The notes: generated from the letters alone by a model not told the origin. Positions 26,648-38,965 are shown, counted from the first letter of the stretch. The stretch: 64,000 bases of DNA from Eledone cirrhosa (GCA_964016885.1 OZ024763.1:1860001-1924000), one strand, 5' to 3'. Numbers and translations: made by a program.

Positions 26648-27440
26648 TCATCATCATCATCATCATCATCGTCACTGTTTAACGTCCATTTTTCAATGCT
26701 AGCATGGGTTAGACTAGTTACCCTGTTGTGAGACAAGTCAGATCATATGACCATGTCTTGCTCATACAGAACTGTTTCTGGCTTAGTGTCTACAGCTGGA
26801 TGTCCTTCCTAACACGAACCACATTTACAGTGTGGACTGGGTGCTTTTTATCGTGGCACCAAAACAACCACTTTACAGTGTGGACCGGGTGCTTTTTATC
26901 GTGGCACCAAAACAACCACTTTACAGTGTGGACCGGGTGCTTTTTATCGTGGCACCAAAACAACCACTTTACAGTGTGGACCGGGTGCTTTTTATCGTGG
27001 CACCAAAACAACCACTTTACAGTGTGGACTGGGTGCTTTTTATCGTGGCACCAAAACAACCACTTTACAGTGTGGACTGGGTGCTTTTTATCGTGGCACC
27101 AAAGCAACCACTTTACAGTGTGGACCGGGTGCTTTTTATCGTGGCACCAAAACAACCACTTTACAGTGTGGACCGGGTGCTTTTTATCGTGGCACCAAAA
27201 CAACCACTTTACAGTATGGACTGGGTGCTTTTTATCGTGGCACCAAAACAACCACTTTACAGTGTGGACTGGGTGCTTTTTATCGTGGCACCAAAGCAAC
27301 CACTTTACAGTGTGGACCGGGTGCTTTTTATCGTGGCACCAAAACAACCACTTTACAGTGTGGACTGGGTGCTTTTTATCGTGGTACCAAAACAACCACT
27401 TTACAGTGTGGACTGGGTGCTTTTTATTGTGGCACCAAAA
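26648..27440 (-). mobile_element. RTE-type 3' UTR fragment containing a 48-bp tandem array (~13 units)
   Basis: (CAT)n tail at 26648, RTE 3' UTR motifs, then unit aaaacaaccactttacagtgtggac(t/c)gggtgctttttatcgtggcacc. Confidence 0.88.
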
Positions 27441-27783
27441 TATATATATATTGCATTTGTGTGTTCATGTGGATGTGATGTATGAATGTGTGTGTATGTA
27501 TTATGAATATGTATGCATGTGTGTGTATGTATGTATGCATGTGTGTGTATGTATGAATGCGTATGTATGCATGTGTGTGTATGTATGAATGTGTATGCAT
27601 ATTTTCCTTTTGTCTGTCATTCTTCCCCGGGGGAGAAAGTATCTGTTACAGAAATTGAACTTTCATTGCCAGCATTACCAGAAGTTTTAGTTCCAAGTCG
27701 AAAGGTGTGTGTACATGTGTATTGAAATGTGTGTGTATATGTATAGGCATATATGTATGGCATGTATATATATATATATATAT

Positions 27784-27977
27784 ATAGGAACCAGTAAGAC
27801 CCCGACAGCTGAGCTCAAGCCGTTTCGACGGCTAATTCTGGACTGAATTAGCCGTCGAAACGGCTTGAGCTCAGCTGTCGGGGTCTTACTGGTTCCTATT
27901 ACCCACTCTACTACCTCAAGTATTGAGTACTTTGGTGCGTTATGGTCCACCTGGTTCCTTACCACATTTCCTTCGTT
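27784..27977 (+). mobile_element. Family B fold-back element carrying the 3' half of a hammerhead
   Basis: Perfect 55-bp arms around a 6-nt loop (27839-27844); GAAA cggc-ttgagctca-gctg TC ggggtc; tail cactc...gagtac; within (TA)n. Confidence 0.85.
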
Positions 27978-28000
27978 ATATATATATATATATATATATA

Positions 28001-28334
28001 TCATCATCATCATTTTACATCTGCTTTTCCCTGCTTGCAAGGGTGGGACGGGAACTGATTCTGGCTTGATTTCTACAGCTGGATGCCCTTCCTAACACCA
28101 ACCTCATTTACAGTGAGTGCTGGGTGCTTTTTTGCCTTGGCACCTCCACAATCACTTTGCAGTGGAATGATAGGGACCCCAGTCCCTATCATCTCATTTC
28201 TACAGCTGAGTAAATTGGAGCAATGTGAAATAAAGTGTCTTGCTCAAGGAAACAACACATCACCTGGTCTGAGAATTGAACTCAACCTTTCGATTGCAAG
28301 GCCAATGCTCTAACCACTAAGCCATGTGCCTCCA
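28001..28334 (-). mobile_element. CORE-like SINE with RTE tail
   Basis: Reverse-complement homolog of 25648-25995. Confidence 0.88.
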
Positions 28335-28544
28335 TATATATATATATATATATGCTATTACTTGTTTGGGGCAAGGTGTATATTTTATGTATATGTACAA
28401 TAATATTATACATACATACATATATATTCATATATATATATATATATATATATTTAGCGTCCATTTTTCCATGCTAGCATATGTTAGACGAGTTGTCCCG
28501 TTGTGAGACAAGCCAGATCAGATGACCATGTCTTGCTCTAATAT

Positions 28545-28910
28545 CATCATCATCATCAACGTTTAACGTCCGTGTTCCACGCTTGCATGGGTTTGGACGG
28601 GGATTTTCCCACTTGAGGCAAGAGTGGTTGTCTTGCTCGCATAGGACTGTCTGGTGGGTTTTCTACAGTTGGATGCCCTTCCTAACACCAACCACGTTTA
28701 CAGTGTGGGGCTGGGAGGTTTTTACCGTGTTGCCTACACGGCCACATTACAGCGTGGACTGTGTGTTTTTTGTCGTGACACCTACACGATCTCATTTGTT
28801 TTGGCCTGGATGGTGTGGCACCAACACAACTTTACATAGAAGGGGGCGGTGTGGATGGGGTGGGGCTGGTGGGACGGGGGTGTATTTTGTTAGAGATGCC
28901 TACTGACTGT
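28545..28910 (-). mobile_element. RTE LINE 3' UTR fragment (subfamily 1-like)
   Basis: Homologous to 29579-29948, including the (CAT)n tail. Confidence 0.85.
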
Positions 28911-28939
28911 AGCTATATATATATATAAGATAAATATAT

Positions 28940-28984
<45 letters not shown>

Positions 28985-29008
28985 GGTGTGGGGTGCTTAA
29001 ATTATCCG

Positions 29009-29567
<559 letters not shown>

Positions 29568-29578
29568 ATATATATATA

Positions 29579-32500
29579 TCATCATCATCATCATCATCAG
29601 CGTTTAACGTCCGTGTTCCACGCTTGCATGGGTTTGGACGGGGGTAGTCCCACTTGAGGCAAGAGTGATTGTCTTGCTCGCATAGGACTGTCTGGCAGGT
29701 TTTCTACAGTTGGATGCCCTTCCTAACACCAACCACATTTACAGTGTGGGTCTGGGAGGTTTTTACCGTGTTGCCTACACGGCCACATTACAGCGTGGAC
29801 TGTGTGTTTTTTTGTCGTGACACCTACACGATCTCATTTGTTTCGGCCTCGATGGCGCGGCACCAACATAACTTTACATAGAACGGGGTGGTGTGGATCG
29901 GGTGGGGGTGGTGGGACGGGGTGTATTTGTTAGAGATGCCTACTGACTGGAGTAGGTTTTACTATATATTTAGGTAAGGCGGGTCTTCTCTGTTACTGAG
30001 TACCGCCAAAGGTCTCGGTCCAGTGACATTGTCTTGGAGAGGTGTAAGTGTGTGATGTCGGAGTTTATCAGCTCGTCCCAGGTTTTTCTAGGTCTGCCTA
30101 TTCCGTGACTACCGTCTATCTTTATTGCCCTGCACTTTGTTATACAGCTATCGACTTTCATGCGCATCACGTGTCCATACCAACGTAGCCTTCTCTCGAG
30201 TAAACAACATCTGATCCCTCTTATCTCTAATTTATTCCTTAGTTCGTTTATGCTTTGCCGTTCACGTATATTACTGTTACACATCCAGCGGAGCATGCAA
30301 GCTTCGTTCCTCTCTAGTCTGCGTATATCCTCTGCACACAATGCCCAGGTCTCACTGCCATGCAGCATTGCTGTTCGTATGCAGGCATCGTACAACCTGC
30401 CTTTCATTTTTAGTGAGAACCCTTTAGCAGCTAATAGTGGTATAAGCTCTCTGAACTTTTTCCAACCAGTTCTGACTCTAGCTACAGTACTTTCAGAGCA
30501 CCCTCCCCCACTGCTGATTTTATCGCCCAGGTAACGGAAGCTGTCCACTATTTCTATAGAACCCTCTGCGCAATTGAAAGAGCTAGTAGTTTGTGGGCAC
30601 TTGCTGCTACTTATTGCACCAGAGCACCGGCCACATGTAAAATCTATGTTCTTAGTTAGCCTACCTGTGATCCCACTACATCTTTTATGCACCCATACTT
30701 TGCATTTAGGACATAAAATGGAGTTTCTACCTACGCCTTTCCTACACACCGAGCACGACCATTTCCCAGAAGGGACCGCCGCCTTGTTTTCTTTCCTACA
30801 AACTAGTACTTTGGTCTTAGCCAGGTTAATTTTAAGTCCTTTTGACTCTAGGCCGTGCTTCCATGTTTGGAATTTCTTCTCTAGCTCGGCCATTGATTCC
30901 GCTATGAGTGTCAGGTCGTCTGCGTATAGGAGTTCCCATGGGCAGCCTGTCTTGAACTCCTCTGTTATGGCCTGAAGGGCAATAATAAATAGTAGTGGAC
31001 TGAGAACAGAGCCCTGATGGACGCCGACTTTTACGCTAAACTCTTCACTATATTCGTTGTTAATTCTAACCTTGCTGACTGTTTCTTTATACATGGCTTG
31101 TATAGCCCTCACAAGCCATTCGTCAACGCCTAGTTTTCTAAGAGCCCACCAGATAATGGAGCGGGGGACTCTGTCGAAGGCTTTCTCCAAGTCGACAAAA
31201 GCTAAGTAGAGGGGTTTACCTTTAGCTAGGTACTTCTCTTGTAGTTGTCGTACTATGAAAAGAGCGTCTGTGGTACTTTTGCCTGACACAAACCCGAACT
31301 GCATTTCATCTAGGTCAATTCTCTCTCTGATTAGCTGCGCTATTACTCTTTCCGTGACCTTCATGACCTGGTCGATTAATTTAATGCCTCTATAGTTACT
31401 CCTATCTAGGGCGTCTCCTTTACCCTTATAACAGTTAACGATGATGCTGCTATGCCAGTCCTTCGGAACAACCCCGTTTTGTACGACTTGGTTAACTATG
31501 CGGGTGACCATGGTGTGTCCCACCGTGCCAGATGCCTTCAGCATCTCAGCAACTATTTCCGAAGGCCCAGCCGCCTTACCAGTCTTCATATCCTTGATTG
31601 CCTTACTTATTATACTCCCCTCGACTAACACTGCTGGTCCCTCTATTGGGTCGATATGGGGGAGACTGCCTTTCTCCCAATTATTCTCCTCATTTAGAAG
31701 CCTTTCATAGTGACACTTCCAAGCTACCTTCTTATCAGCGTCGGTGATGGCAAGTGTGCCATCGTCGTTTAGTACACACTTCTCCCCGACAATATCACGG
31801 TTTTCCTTGACGCATTGCCTAGCAATCCTGAACACCTCACGTTTTTGGTCATCGCGTTGTAGAACATGCTTGAACTTTCTTTCCTCAGCTTCCCTTCTTG
31901 CTAAGTACACTTGTCTCCTAGCTTCCCTCCTGGCCACTTGATAGTCCTCTCTACTTCCCCCATCCCGCCATACTTTCCAAGCCTGCTTTTTGGCCTTAAT
32001 TGACCCCTCCACCTTACTGTTCCACCACCATGTTACTCTCCTCCTGCCTACAGGCCTGCTCCAGCCACAGACCTCGTCTGTCGCCAACAGCAGGTTTGCT
32101 TTCAGAAATTCCCACTCTCCCTCTATATTGTCCGACTCTAAATGTTCTTCCTTACTGTCGAAAGCATCAAGTAATATGCTTTGAAATTTATTCCTGGCTG
32201 TGGGGTCCTTTAACTTCCATATTTTCCTCCTGAGGATAGTCCTCTTCTGTTGTCGAGTACGTCTCGTCCTGACTATGAGGTCGCTAATTATCAGTCTATG
32301 TTGGGAGGTGCATTCTTCATGGGGGAGGGATTTAGTGTTAACAACAGACACTCTGTCACGTCTTCTGGTAAGGATATAATCTACCTGGCTTGTGTGTTCC
32401 CCGGATCTATAGGTGATCAGGTGATTGTCACGTTTTTTGAAGTTAGTGTTACAGATAGTTAGGTTATTTGCATCACAGAATTCCAGGATTCTGGAGCCTT

Positions 32501-33112
32501 CCTCATTTCTAGTACCAAACCCATAGCCTCCATGGATTTCGTCGTAGCCGTCACAATGTTGTCCAACGTGACCATTTAGGTCGCCTGCGATAATTATATA
32601 GTCACTGTCGGATATTTGGGAGGTAGTTAGCATCAGTGTCTCATAGAATCTGTCTTTTATAGTGCCGGGCAGTCCGGATTGGGGTGCGTACGCAGATATT
32701 ACTGTCACCGTAGTTCTATTGAGGACAAGTCGTATTTTAATTATTCTGTCGTTCACTCTATTTACGTCTATTATCTTATCTGCCCACTTTTCTGCTACCA
32801 TGATTCCTACTCCACCCAGCCCATCGTCGTTTCCCACCCAGAAAAGCTTATAACAACGTTTTTTACCCTCAATGAACCTAGCAGACCCACCCCTCCACCT
32901 GGTCTCTTGAATACAACAAACATCGACCTCCTTACGTTCAAGCATTTCTACAACCTCGTTAGCGCGACCCTTTAGGGTGCCTACATTTATGGTACCAACT
33001 CTGAAGTTTTGGATTGCGTTTGGGGGTTGGGGGCGGTGAGGGGCGGGGGGCGATGGTGTTATGTTAGCCGTCCGCGGTCGAAACAATGAGGAGTGCTCGC
33101 ATTCTCGTCCAA
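29579..33112 (-). mobile_element. Near full-length RTE-clade non-LTR retrotransposon (subfamily 1)
   Basis: Single APE-RT ORF, ~390-bp 3' UTR and (GAT)n tail; no ATG or 5' UTR seen, so probably 5'-truncated just upstream of the endonuclease. Confidence 0.95.
29970..33086 (-). CDS. RTE polyprotein: AP endonuclease + reverse transcriptase + internal Cys-rich zinc finger
   Basis: 1038 aa with no stops; EN motifs GTINVGTL, IQET, AYAPQ, GDLNGH, VDYIL; RT motifs [33 protein letters not shown]; C-terminal [12 protein letters not shown]...GRPRKTW; annotated start is TTG. Confidence 0.93.
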   Translation of the reverse strand: MFRPRTANITPSPPAPHRPQPPNAIQNFRVGTINVGTLKGRANEVVEMLERKEVDVCCIQETRWRGGSARFIEGKKRCYKLFWVGNDDGLGGVGIMVAEKWADKIIDVNRVNDRIIKIRLVLNRTTVTVISAYAPQSGLPGTIKDRFYETLMLTTSQISDSDYIIIAGDLNGHVGQHCDGYDEIHGGYGFGTRNEEGSRILEFCDANNLTICNTNFKKRDNHLITYRSGEHTSQVDYILTRRRDRVSVVNTKSLPHEECTSQHRLIISDLIVRTRRTRQQKRTILRRKIWKLKDPTARNKFQSILLDAFDSKEEHLESDNIEGEWEFLKANLLLATDEVCGWSRPVGRRRVTWWWNSKVEGSIKAKKQAWKVWRDGGSREDYQVARREARRQVYLARREAEERKFKHVLQRDDQKREVFRIARQCVKENRDIVGEKCVLNDDGTLAITDADKKVAWKCHYERLLNEENNWEKGSLPHIDPIEGPAVLVEGSIISKAIKDMKTGKAAGPSEIVAEMLKASGTVGHTMVTRIVNQVVQNGVVPKDWHSSIIVNCYKGKGDALDRSNYRGIKLIDQVMKVTERVIAQLIRERIDLDEMQFGFVSGKSTTDALFIVRQLQEKYLAKGKPLYLAFVDLEKAFDRVPRSIIWWALRKLGVDEWLVRAIQAMYKETVSKVRINNEYSEEFSVKVGVHQGSVLSPLLFIIALQAITEEFKTGCPWELLYADDLTLIAESMAELEKKFQTWKHGLESKGLKINLAKTKVLVCRKENKAAVPSGKWSCSVCRKGVGRNSILCPKCKVWVHKRCSGITGRLTKNIDFTCGRCSGAISSSKCPQTTSSFNCAEGSIEIVDSFRYLGDKISSGGGCSESTVARVRTGWKKFRELIPLLAAKGFSLKMKGRLYDACIRTAMLHGSETWALCAEDIRRLERNEACMLRWMCNSNIRERQSINELRNKLEIRGIRCCLLERRLRWYGHVMRMKVDSCITKCRAIKIDGSHGIGRPRKTWDELINSDITHLHLSKTMSLDRDLWRYSVTEKTRLT

Positions 33113-33310
33113 TAAATTATTAAAAAAATAATGAATAAACAAAGAAACAGTTCCTTATATTAAAAAAAATTCATCATTTTACGATCGTTTCTAGGATATA
33201 TATGTGTTAGAGTTGGTATGCATATTCTATAGATCTATGTACAATATTTATACAAACTATCAGAGGGAATATACATACCTTCACATATATATGCTGTCTT
33301 CAGAAATAAT

Positions 33311-33495
33311 TGTTTCTACTTTTGGCACAAGGCCAGCAATTACCCAGTGTATTACTGGTACTTTATTTTATCGACCCCATAAGGATGAAAGGCAAAGTTA
33401 ACCTCGGCGGGATTTGAACTCAGAATGGCAAGGGCCGTAACTCTATGCGTCAAAGCATGGCGTCCGACCCTCTACCGATACTGCCAATCCACTGC
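33311..33495 (-). mobile_element. Meta-like SINE with 13-bp TSD
   Basis: TSD cttcagaaataat at 33298 and 33496. Confidence 0.9.
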
Positions 33496-34107
33496 CTTCA
33501 GAAATAATGATACTTCTTTATTGATGAGAACAAAGATTCAATACAATAGGTCTGTTTGGGAACAGGTTTTGAATTGACCAATCAGGAGATAGTGAGGGTC
33601 AAGATAGTGATACAGTATTAGAAGAACGTTAAATTATATATAGAAGTTGGTGGTTCACCACTGGATAGAGCTTTTCATTCTGTGTCGTTAATCATGGTGC
33701 AATAGTATGAAAGCACTCAACGTGATGCAACTCAGTCATCTTTGGTGTAGGTTTCTGTTGGTGGTGTGTGGAGAGAGTTAAACATTATGGAATAAAGGGA
33801 CAGGAGGCCGGAAAGTTGAAATTCCTTTAAAGGTTTTACCCTGCAGGCACTATATATATTTCAATGATCACTAAGATTCCAGTGACATCATCAGGTGTAT
33901 TACATTGCAGTTATAAAGGAAACATGGTGAACGCAGGTTGTGTACACGGAGACAAAAGATAAAGATAAAATTACTTGATCTGGAGGCAGCCTACATCCAG
34001 TCCTTTAGATGTACTGCCCCTTCCAGCCTTCTGTCACTTTATTCAATAATATATATATATATATTTTTACGTACGCCATGTATATATATTCTGTCATTAC
34101 TACCGCA

Positions 34108-34215
34108 GAGGTCCGACGAGCTTTTGATTCCAGAGTCAGGCTAGATCGATACATATCGAACCTTGAGGTGATCAATAGCGAAAGGTGCATCACCTACCAA
34201 TAAACGTAATGAAGG
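34108..34215 (+). repeat. Dispersed repeat, unclassified (homolog at 25287-25384)
   Basis: Pairwise similarity seen in the sequence. Confidence 0.7.
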
Positions 34216-34243
34216 AGTAACCATTCATCCTTGAATTATTATA

Positions 34244-34423
34244 TGGCAGTAACGGTAGAGGGTCGGACGCCATGCTTTAACGCATAGAGTTACGGCCCTT
34301 GCCATTCTGGGTTCAAATCCCGCCGAGGTTAACTTTGCCTTTCATCCTTACGGGGTCGATAGAATAAAGTACCAGCAATGTACTGGGGTAATTGCTGGCC
34401 TTGTGTCAAATGTAGAAACAATT
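34244..34423 (+). mobile_element. Meta-like SINE
   Basis: Homolog of 13249-13433. Confidence 0.88.
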
Positions 34424-34440
34424 ATTACATATATATATAT

Positions 34441-34638
34441 CAGATAAGGTGTGGTAAAATATCAGCTAGACCTTAACGCACCAGAGTACTCGATACTTAG
34501 GGTAGTAGAGTGGGTAGTATGAAAACATTCAGGAGCCCGATGGCTGAGCTCTGGCCATTTCGACAGTGAGAGTTGAACAGTTTGAATCTAGCTGTCGAAA
34601 TGGCCGGAGCTCAGCCGTCGGGGTCCTGACTCTTTTCA

Positions 34639-34641
<3 letters not shown>
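34441..34641 (-). mobile_element. Family B fold-back element (diverged arms)
   Basis: Tail is a reverse-complement homolog of 27900-27977; the minus arm reads GAAA uggc-cagagcuca-gcca UC. Confidence 0.8.
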
Positions 34642-34678
<37 letters not shown>

Positions 34679-34684
<6 letters not shown>

Positions 34685-35180
34685 ATTAAATAAATGGAAA
34701 ACTATATTTATAAAACCATATTTATTTCATTATATATATTTCGGGGATATCATATTAACAATATGCTATGCCTTCATCAGACAAAATACAATATAAACAG
34801 TTTTATAGATAAATATATTCGACATACCGTAATAAACATCAACTTCATTTGAAGAGGTTCACTCTAGCAGTGATATACTGTATTTTCACTGTATTTTCAC
34901 TGCTAGAGTGAACCTCTTCAAATGAAGTTGATGTTTATTACGGTATGTCGAATATATTTATCTATAAAACTGTTTATATTGTATTTTGTCTGATGAAGGC
35001 ATAGCATATTGTTAATATGATATCCCCGAAATATATATAATGAAATAAATATGGTTTTATAAATATAGTTTTCCATTTATTTAATATTGTAAATATACTC
35101 CAAGTATTTGTCGAGTGCTTTTATATCAGTTATAAATATTTACTAGTTGTAACCCAACAATTTTAAATATAACTTTACAT
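34679..35180 (+). mobile_element. Family D fold-back element: 195-bp arms + 3' tail
   Basis: Arms 34679-34873 / 34897-35091 appear perfect; tail atactcca...gagtgc; in (TA)n. Confidence 0.9.
34982..35047 (+). ncRNA. Type I hammerhead ribozyme (family D); mirror copy at 34723-34788 (-)
   Basis: tattttgt CTGATGA [stem II with catatt/aatatg] GAAA t-atat-a TA atgaaata; AUA triplet, palindromic stem III. Confidence 0.75.
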
Positions 35181-35196
35181 ATATATATATATATAT

Positions 35197-35618
35197 ATAT
35201 TGTTATACTTTGGGAGGGTCATGTTGCCAATAAGAAACACACGCACCAGTTGCTTTCACTTCAATTTATTATATATTTATAAATTTATAAATTTACAAAT
35301 CTACAAACTTATAAATTTCTGGTTGGTTGGTTGGTTCCACAACCAGATAGTTGTTTATATATATATATATATATTGACTATATATATATATATTGACTAT
35401 ATATAAACAACTATCTGGTTGTGGAACCAACCAACCAACCAGAAATTTATAAGTTTGTAGATTTGTAAATTTATAAATTTATAAATATATAATAAATTGA
35501 AGTGAAAGCAACTGGTGCGTGTGTTTCTTATTGGCAACATGACCCTCCCAAAGTATAACAATATCGGTTTCAACACACGATTTCAGATAAAGAATCTTGC
35601 TAAACAAATTCAGAAACG

Positions 35619-35621
<3 letters not shown>
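35197..35621 (+). mobile_element. Family E fold-back element (~165-bp arms, TA-rich apex, ~55-bp tail)
   Basis: Arms ~35197-35362 / ~35399-35564 appear perfect; no hammerhead core found. Confidence 0.8.
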
Positions 35622-35663
<42 letters not shown>

Positions 35664-35666
<3 letters not shown>

Positions 35667-36307
35667 GTGAACGGTAAAGCATAAACGAACTAAGGAAAAA
35701 ATTAGAGATAAGAGGGATCAGATGTTGTTTACTCGAGAGAAGGCTGCGTTGGTATGGACACGTGATGCGCATGAAAGTCGATAGCTGTATAACAAAGTGC
35801 AGGGCAATAAAGATAGACGGTAGCCACGGAATAGGCAGACCTAGAAAAACCTGGGACGAGCTGATAAACTCCGACATCACACACTTACACCTCTCCAAGA
35901 CAATGTCACTGGACCGAGACCTTTGGCGGTACTCAGTAACAGAGAAGACCCGCCTTGCCAGTAGGCATCTCTAACAAAATACACCCCGTCCCGCCACCAC
36001 CCCCACCCCATCCACACCACCCCGTTCTATGTAAAGTTATGTTGGTGCCGCGCCATCCAGGCCGAAACAAATGAGATCGTGTAGGTGTCACGACAAAAAA
36101 CACACAGTCCGCGCTGTAATGTGGCCGTGTAGGCAACACGGTAAAAACCTCCCAGACCCACACTGTAAATGTGGTTGGTGTTAGGAAGGGCATCCAACTG
36201 TAGAAAACCTGCCAGACAGTCCTATGCGAGCAAGACAATCACTCTTGCCTCAAGTGGGACTACCCCCGTCCAAACCCATGCAAGCATGGAACACGGACGT
36301 TAAACGT

Positions 36308-36337
<30 letters not shown>
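35664..36337 (+). mobile_element. RTE subfamily 1, 5'-truncated copy
   Basis: Near-identical to the 3' end of 29579-33112 ([18 protein letters not shown]...), with (GAT)n tail. Confidence 0.92.
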
Positions 36338-36338
<1 letters not shown>

Positions 36339-36362
36339 ATATATATATATATATATATATAT

Positions 36363-36602
36363 AGGCACATGGCTTAGTGGTTAGAGCATTGGGCTTGCAA
36401 TCGAAAGGTTGTGAATTCAATTCTCAGACCGGGTGATGTGTTGTTTCCTTGAGCAAGACACTTTATTTCACGTTGCTCCAGTTTACTCAGCTGTAAAAAT
36501 GAGTACCAGCCTGCCCGTCCAGCCAGGGGGATGGCATTATCTTATGGCTAAAACAGCACAACGTGCTGTGACCATTGGCGCCCGACAGACTGGTCGGTCA
36601 AG

Positions 36603-36605
<3 letters not shown>
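36363..36605 (+). mobile_element. CORE-like SINE with an alternative (non-RTE) tail
   Basis: Same head as 25648 but continues aaatgagtaccagcc...gactggtcggtcaagctga. Confidence 0.75.
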
Positions 36606-36640
<35 letters not shown>

Positions 36641-36718
36641 CACACACACATGTAAAAATATGTTATGCCCTGTACTGATGTGTATTGAGTGCTTTTTTAG
36701 TTAATATTTTGTTGTCAT

Positions 36719-37053
36719 TTTAGTGGTTAGAGCATTGGCCTTGCAATCGAAAGGTTGTGAGTTCAATTCTCTGACCGGGTGATGTGTTGTTTCCTTGAGC
36801 AAGACACTTTATTTCACATTGCTCCAGTTTACTCAGCTGTAGAAATGAGATGATAGGGACTGCGGTCCCTATCATTCCACTGCAAAGTGGTCGTGGAGGT
36901 GCCACGGCAAAAAAGCACCCAGCACTCACTGAAAATGAGGTTGGTGTTAGGAAGGGCATCCAGCTGTAGAAATCAAGCCAGAATCAGTTCCCGTCCCACC
37001 CTTGCAAGCAGGGAATAAGCGGCCGTAAAATGAAATGATAATGATGATGATGA
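36719..37053 (+). mobile_element. CORE-like SINE with RTE tail
   Basis: Homolog of 25648-25995. Confidence 0.88.
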
Positions 37054-37702
37054 TAACATACATATTCCTTTATATATATATATATATATATATATAAATA
37101 TATGTATGTATATAAAGGAATATGAACATCTGTGTGTATGATTTTATATATATATGTATGTATGTGTGTATGTGTGTTGACATATATGTATGAGTATGTT
37201 TGTATGTATGTATGTGTGTTGACATATGTATATCTATGAGTATGTTTGTACATGCGTATATGTATGTATGTATGTGTGTGTATCTACATATATATATATT
37301 AAACATATGAACATCTATATGTGTGTTTTTATACATGTATGTGTCTGTGTGTGTGCTTGTACATTTGTATATGTATGTATGTATGTGTGTGTATCTACAT
37401 ATATATATATTAAACATATGAACATCTATATGTGTGTTTTTATATATGTATGTGTCTGTGTGTGTGCTTGTACATTTGTATATGTATGTATGTATGTGTG
37501 TATGTATGTATGTATGTGTGTGTTTGTACATATATATATTAAAAATATGAACATGTATGTGTGTGTGTTTTTATACATATATGTGTATCTATATGAATGT
37601 GTATGTCTTACATGCATATATGTATAAGTATGTGTGTATGTGTATGTGTGTTTATACATTTATATATATATATGCATGTATATATGTGTATATATATGTG
37701 TG

Positions 37703-37736
<34 letters not shown>

Positions 37737-38505
37737 CATATATATACATATATACATATATATATATGAATTTAGTACAAGGGGTTGGCAGAGTTAAAGA
37801 ATGAGATCAACAGGGTGGAATTAGAATTTGAAGTGGTGGTGGTGGGGCACGGGGCGAGGAGGGGGTATGTATGGTGGGGGAGATGGAGGTGATGGTGGTG
37901 GTGGTGGTGGTGGGGGGTGAGTGGTGAAAAAGGCAGCAGTAAGATCAGAGAACAGGAAGGAAAGAGGAGGGGGTGGTGGGGGACGGACGGAGGGGAGGGG
38001 GGGGGTGATGTAGAGGTTGAGAAAGAGAGAGAGAGAGTGAAGAAATATATGAGACAGGGGAGGGGGCTTAGAAGGGAGGAAGGGAGGGAGGGAGAGAGAG
38101 AAGGTGGCAAGTAAACTTGAAGAAATACACACATACAAACACACACATATCTATATATATACACATATACACACACATATACATACACATATACATACAT
38201 ATATATACACACATATACATATATATATACACACATATACACAAAAGCAGCTGAAGTTCTTAGAAAGAAAGGGGGGACAAGTTTATAACTGTATTAGCTG
38301 TGCTTTCTTATACACACAGAAAACATACATACATATATATATATACATATATAAGTATATAGACACATATATACACGTATATACACGTAGCTCTTTCTAT
38401 GTGGGACCCTGTTAAGGGAGAGAAAGAGTGACTGGAGGTTCGTTGTGGTGTGTCATGGTGGTGGTGTCGGCTTGACCGTACCATCCTGTCCAACTAGAGG
38501 AGGAT

Positions 38506-38638
38506 ATGTATGCCAAAAGCCCTCTGTCACAACACACATCTTCGGAAGATGCGGAGATACTTTACGATGAAGACACGGATATTCCTGCAAATATTGGCAT
38601 TCTTGGAGTTAAAAAACAAGTCTATACTAATGGAATCG
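38506..38638 (+). CDS. Candidate first coding exon of a host gene (MYAKSPLSQHTSSEDAEILYDEDTDIPANIGILGVKKQVYTNGI, phase 1)
   Basis: Unique complex sequence; ATG with in-frame upstream stop (38473); 44 codons + 1 nt followed by the consensus donor GTAAGT at 38639. Confidence 0.55.
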
Positions 38639-38750
38639 GTAAGTACCACCCTGTAGACAGCTTGATTGACTGACCGACTAGCTGACTAGCTCGGTCAACT
38701 GGCTTGAGCTTGGTATCTTGTTTGGTTGTGTGTGGCACTCTGACAATATG

Positions 38751-38798
<48 letters not shown>

Positions 38799-38965
38799 CA
38801 TCGTTTCAGAAGATCCCGTTAAGGGTGAAAGCAGCGATTCTTTGCTTAAAGTTTAATCTGTTATTTTAATAAATATATATAAATATATATTATCATATAT
38901 ATATATATATATATATATAACATATTGTCACAGTGCCATATATATATATATATATATATATAGAT

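Noticed and set aside
26820-27440. CRISPR-like appearance of short tandem arrays (also 15232-16490, 22902-24252, 60130-64000)
   Set aside because: No unique spacers, no cas genes and a eukaryotic context; these are plain minisatellites
30160-32975. Plus-strand ORFs overlapping the RTE (also 50367-52217 and 54845-55534)
   Set aside because: Antisense shadows of LINE coding sequence
33590-33870. Possible ancient LINE fragment or exon
   Set aside because: Complex sequence, but no frame or motif could be supported by eye
35400-35530. Hammerhead in family E (…caaccaGAAA…, ttgaagtgaaagc)
   Set aside because: No acceptable core and stem combination could be built
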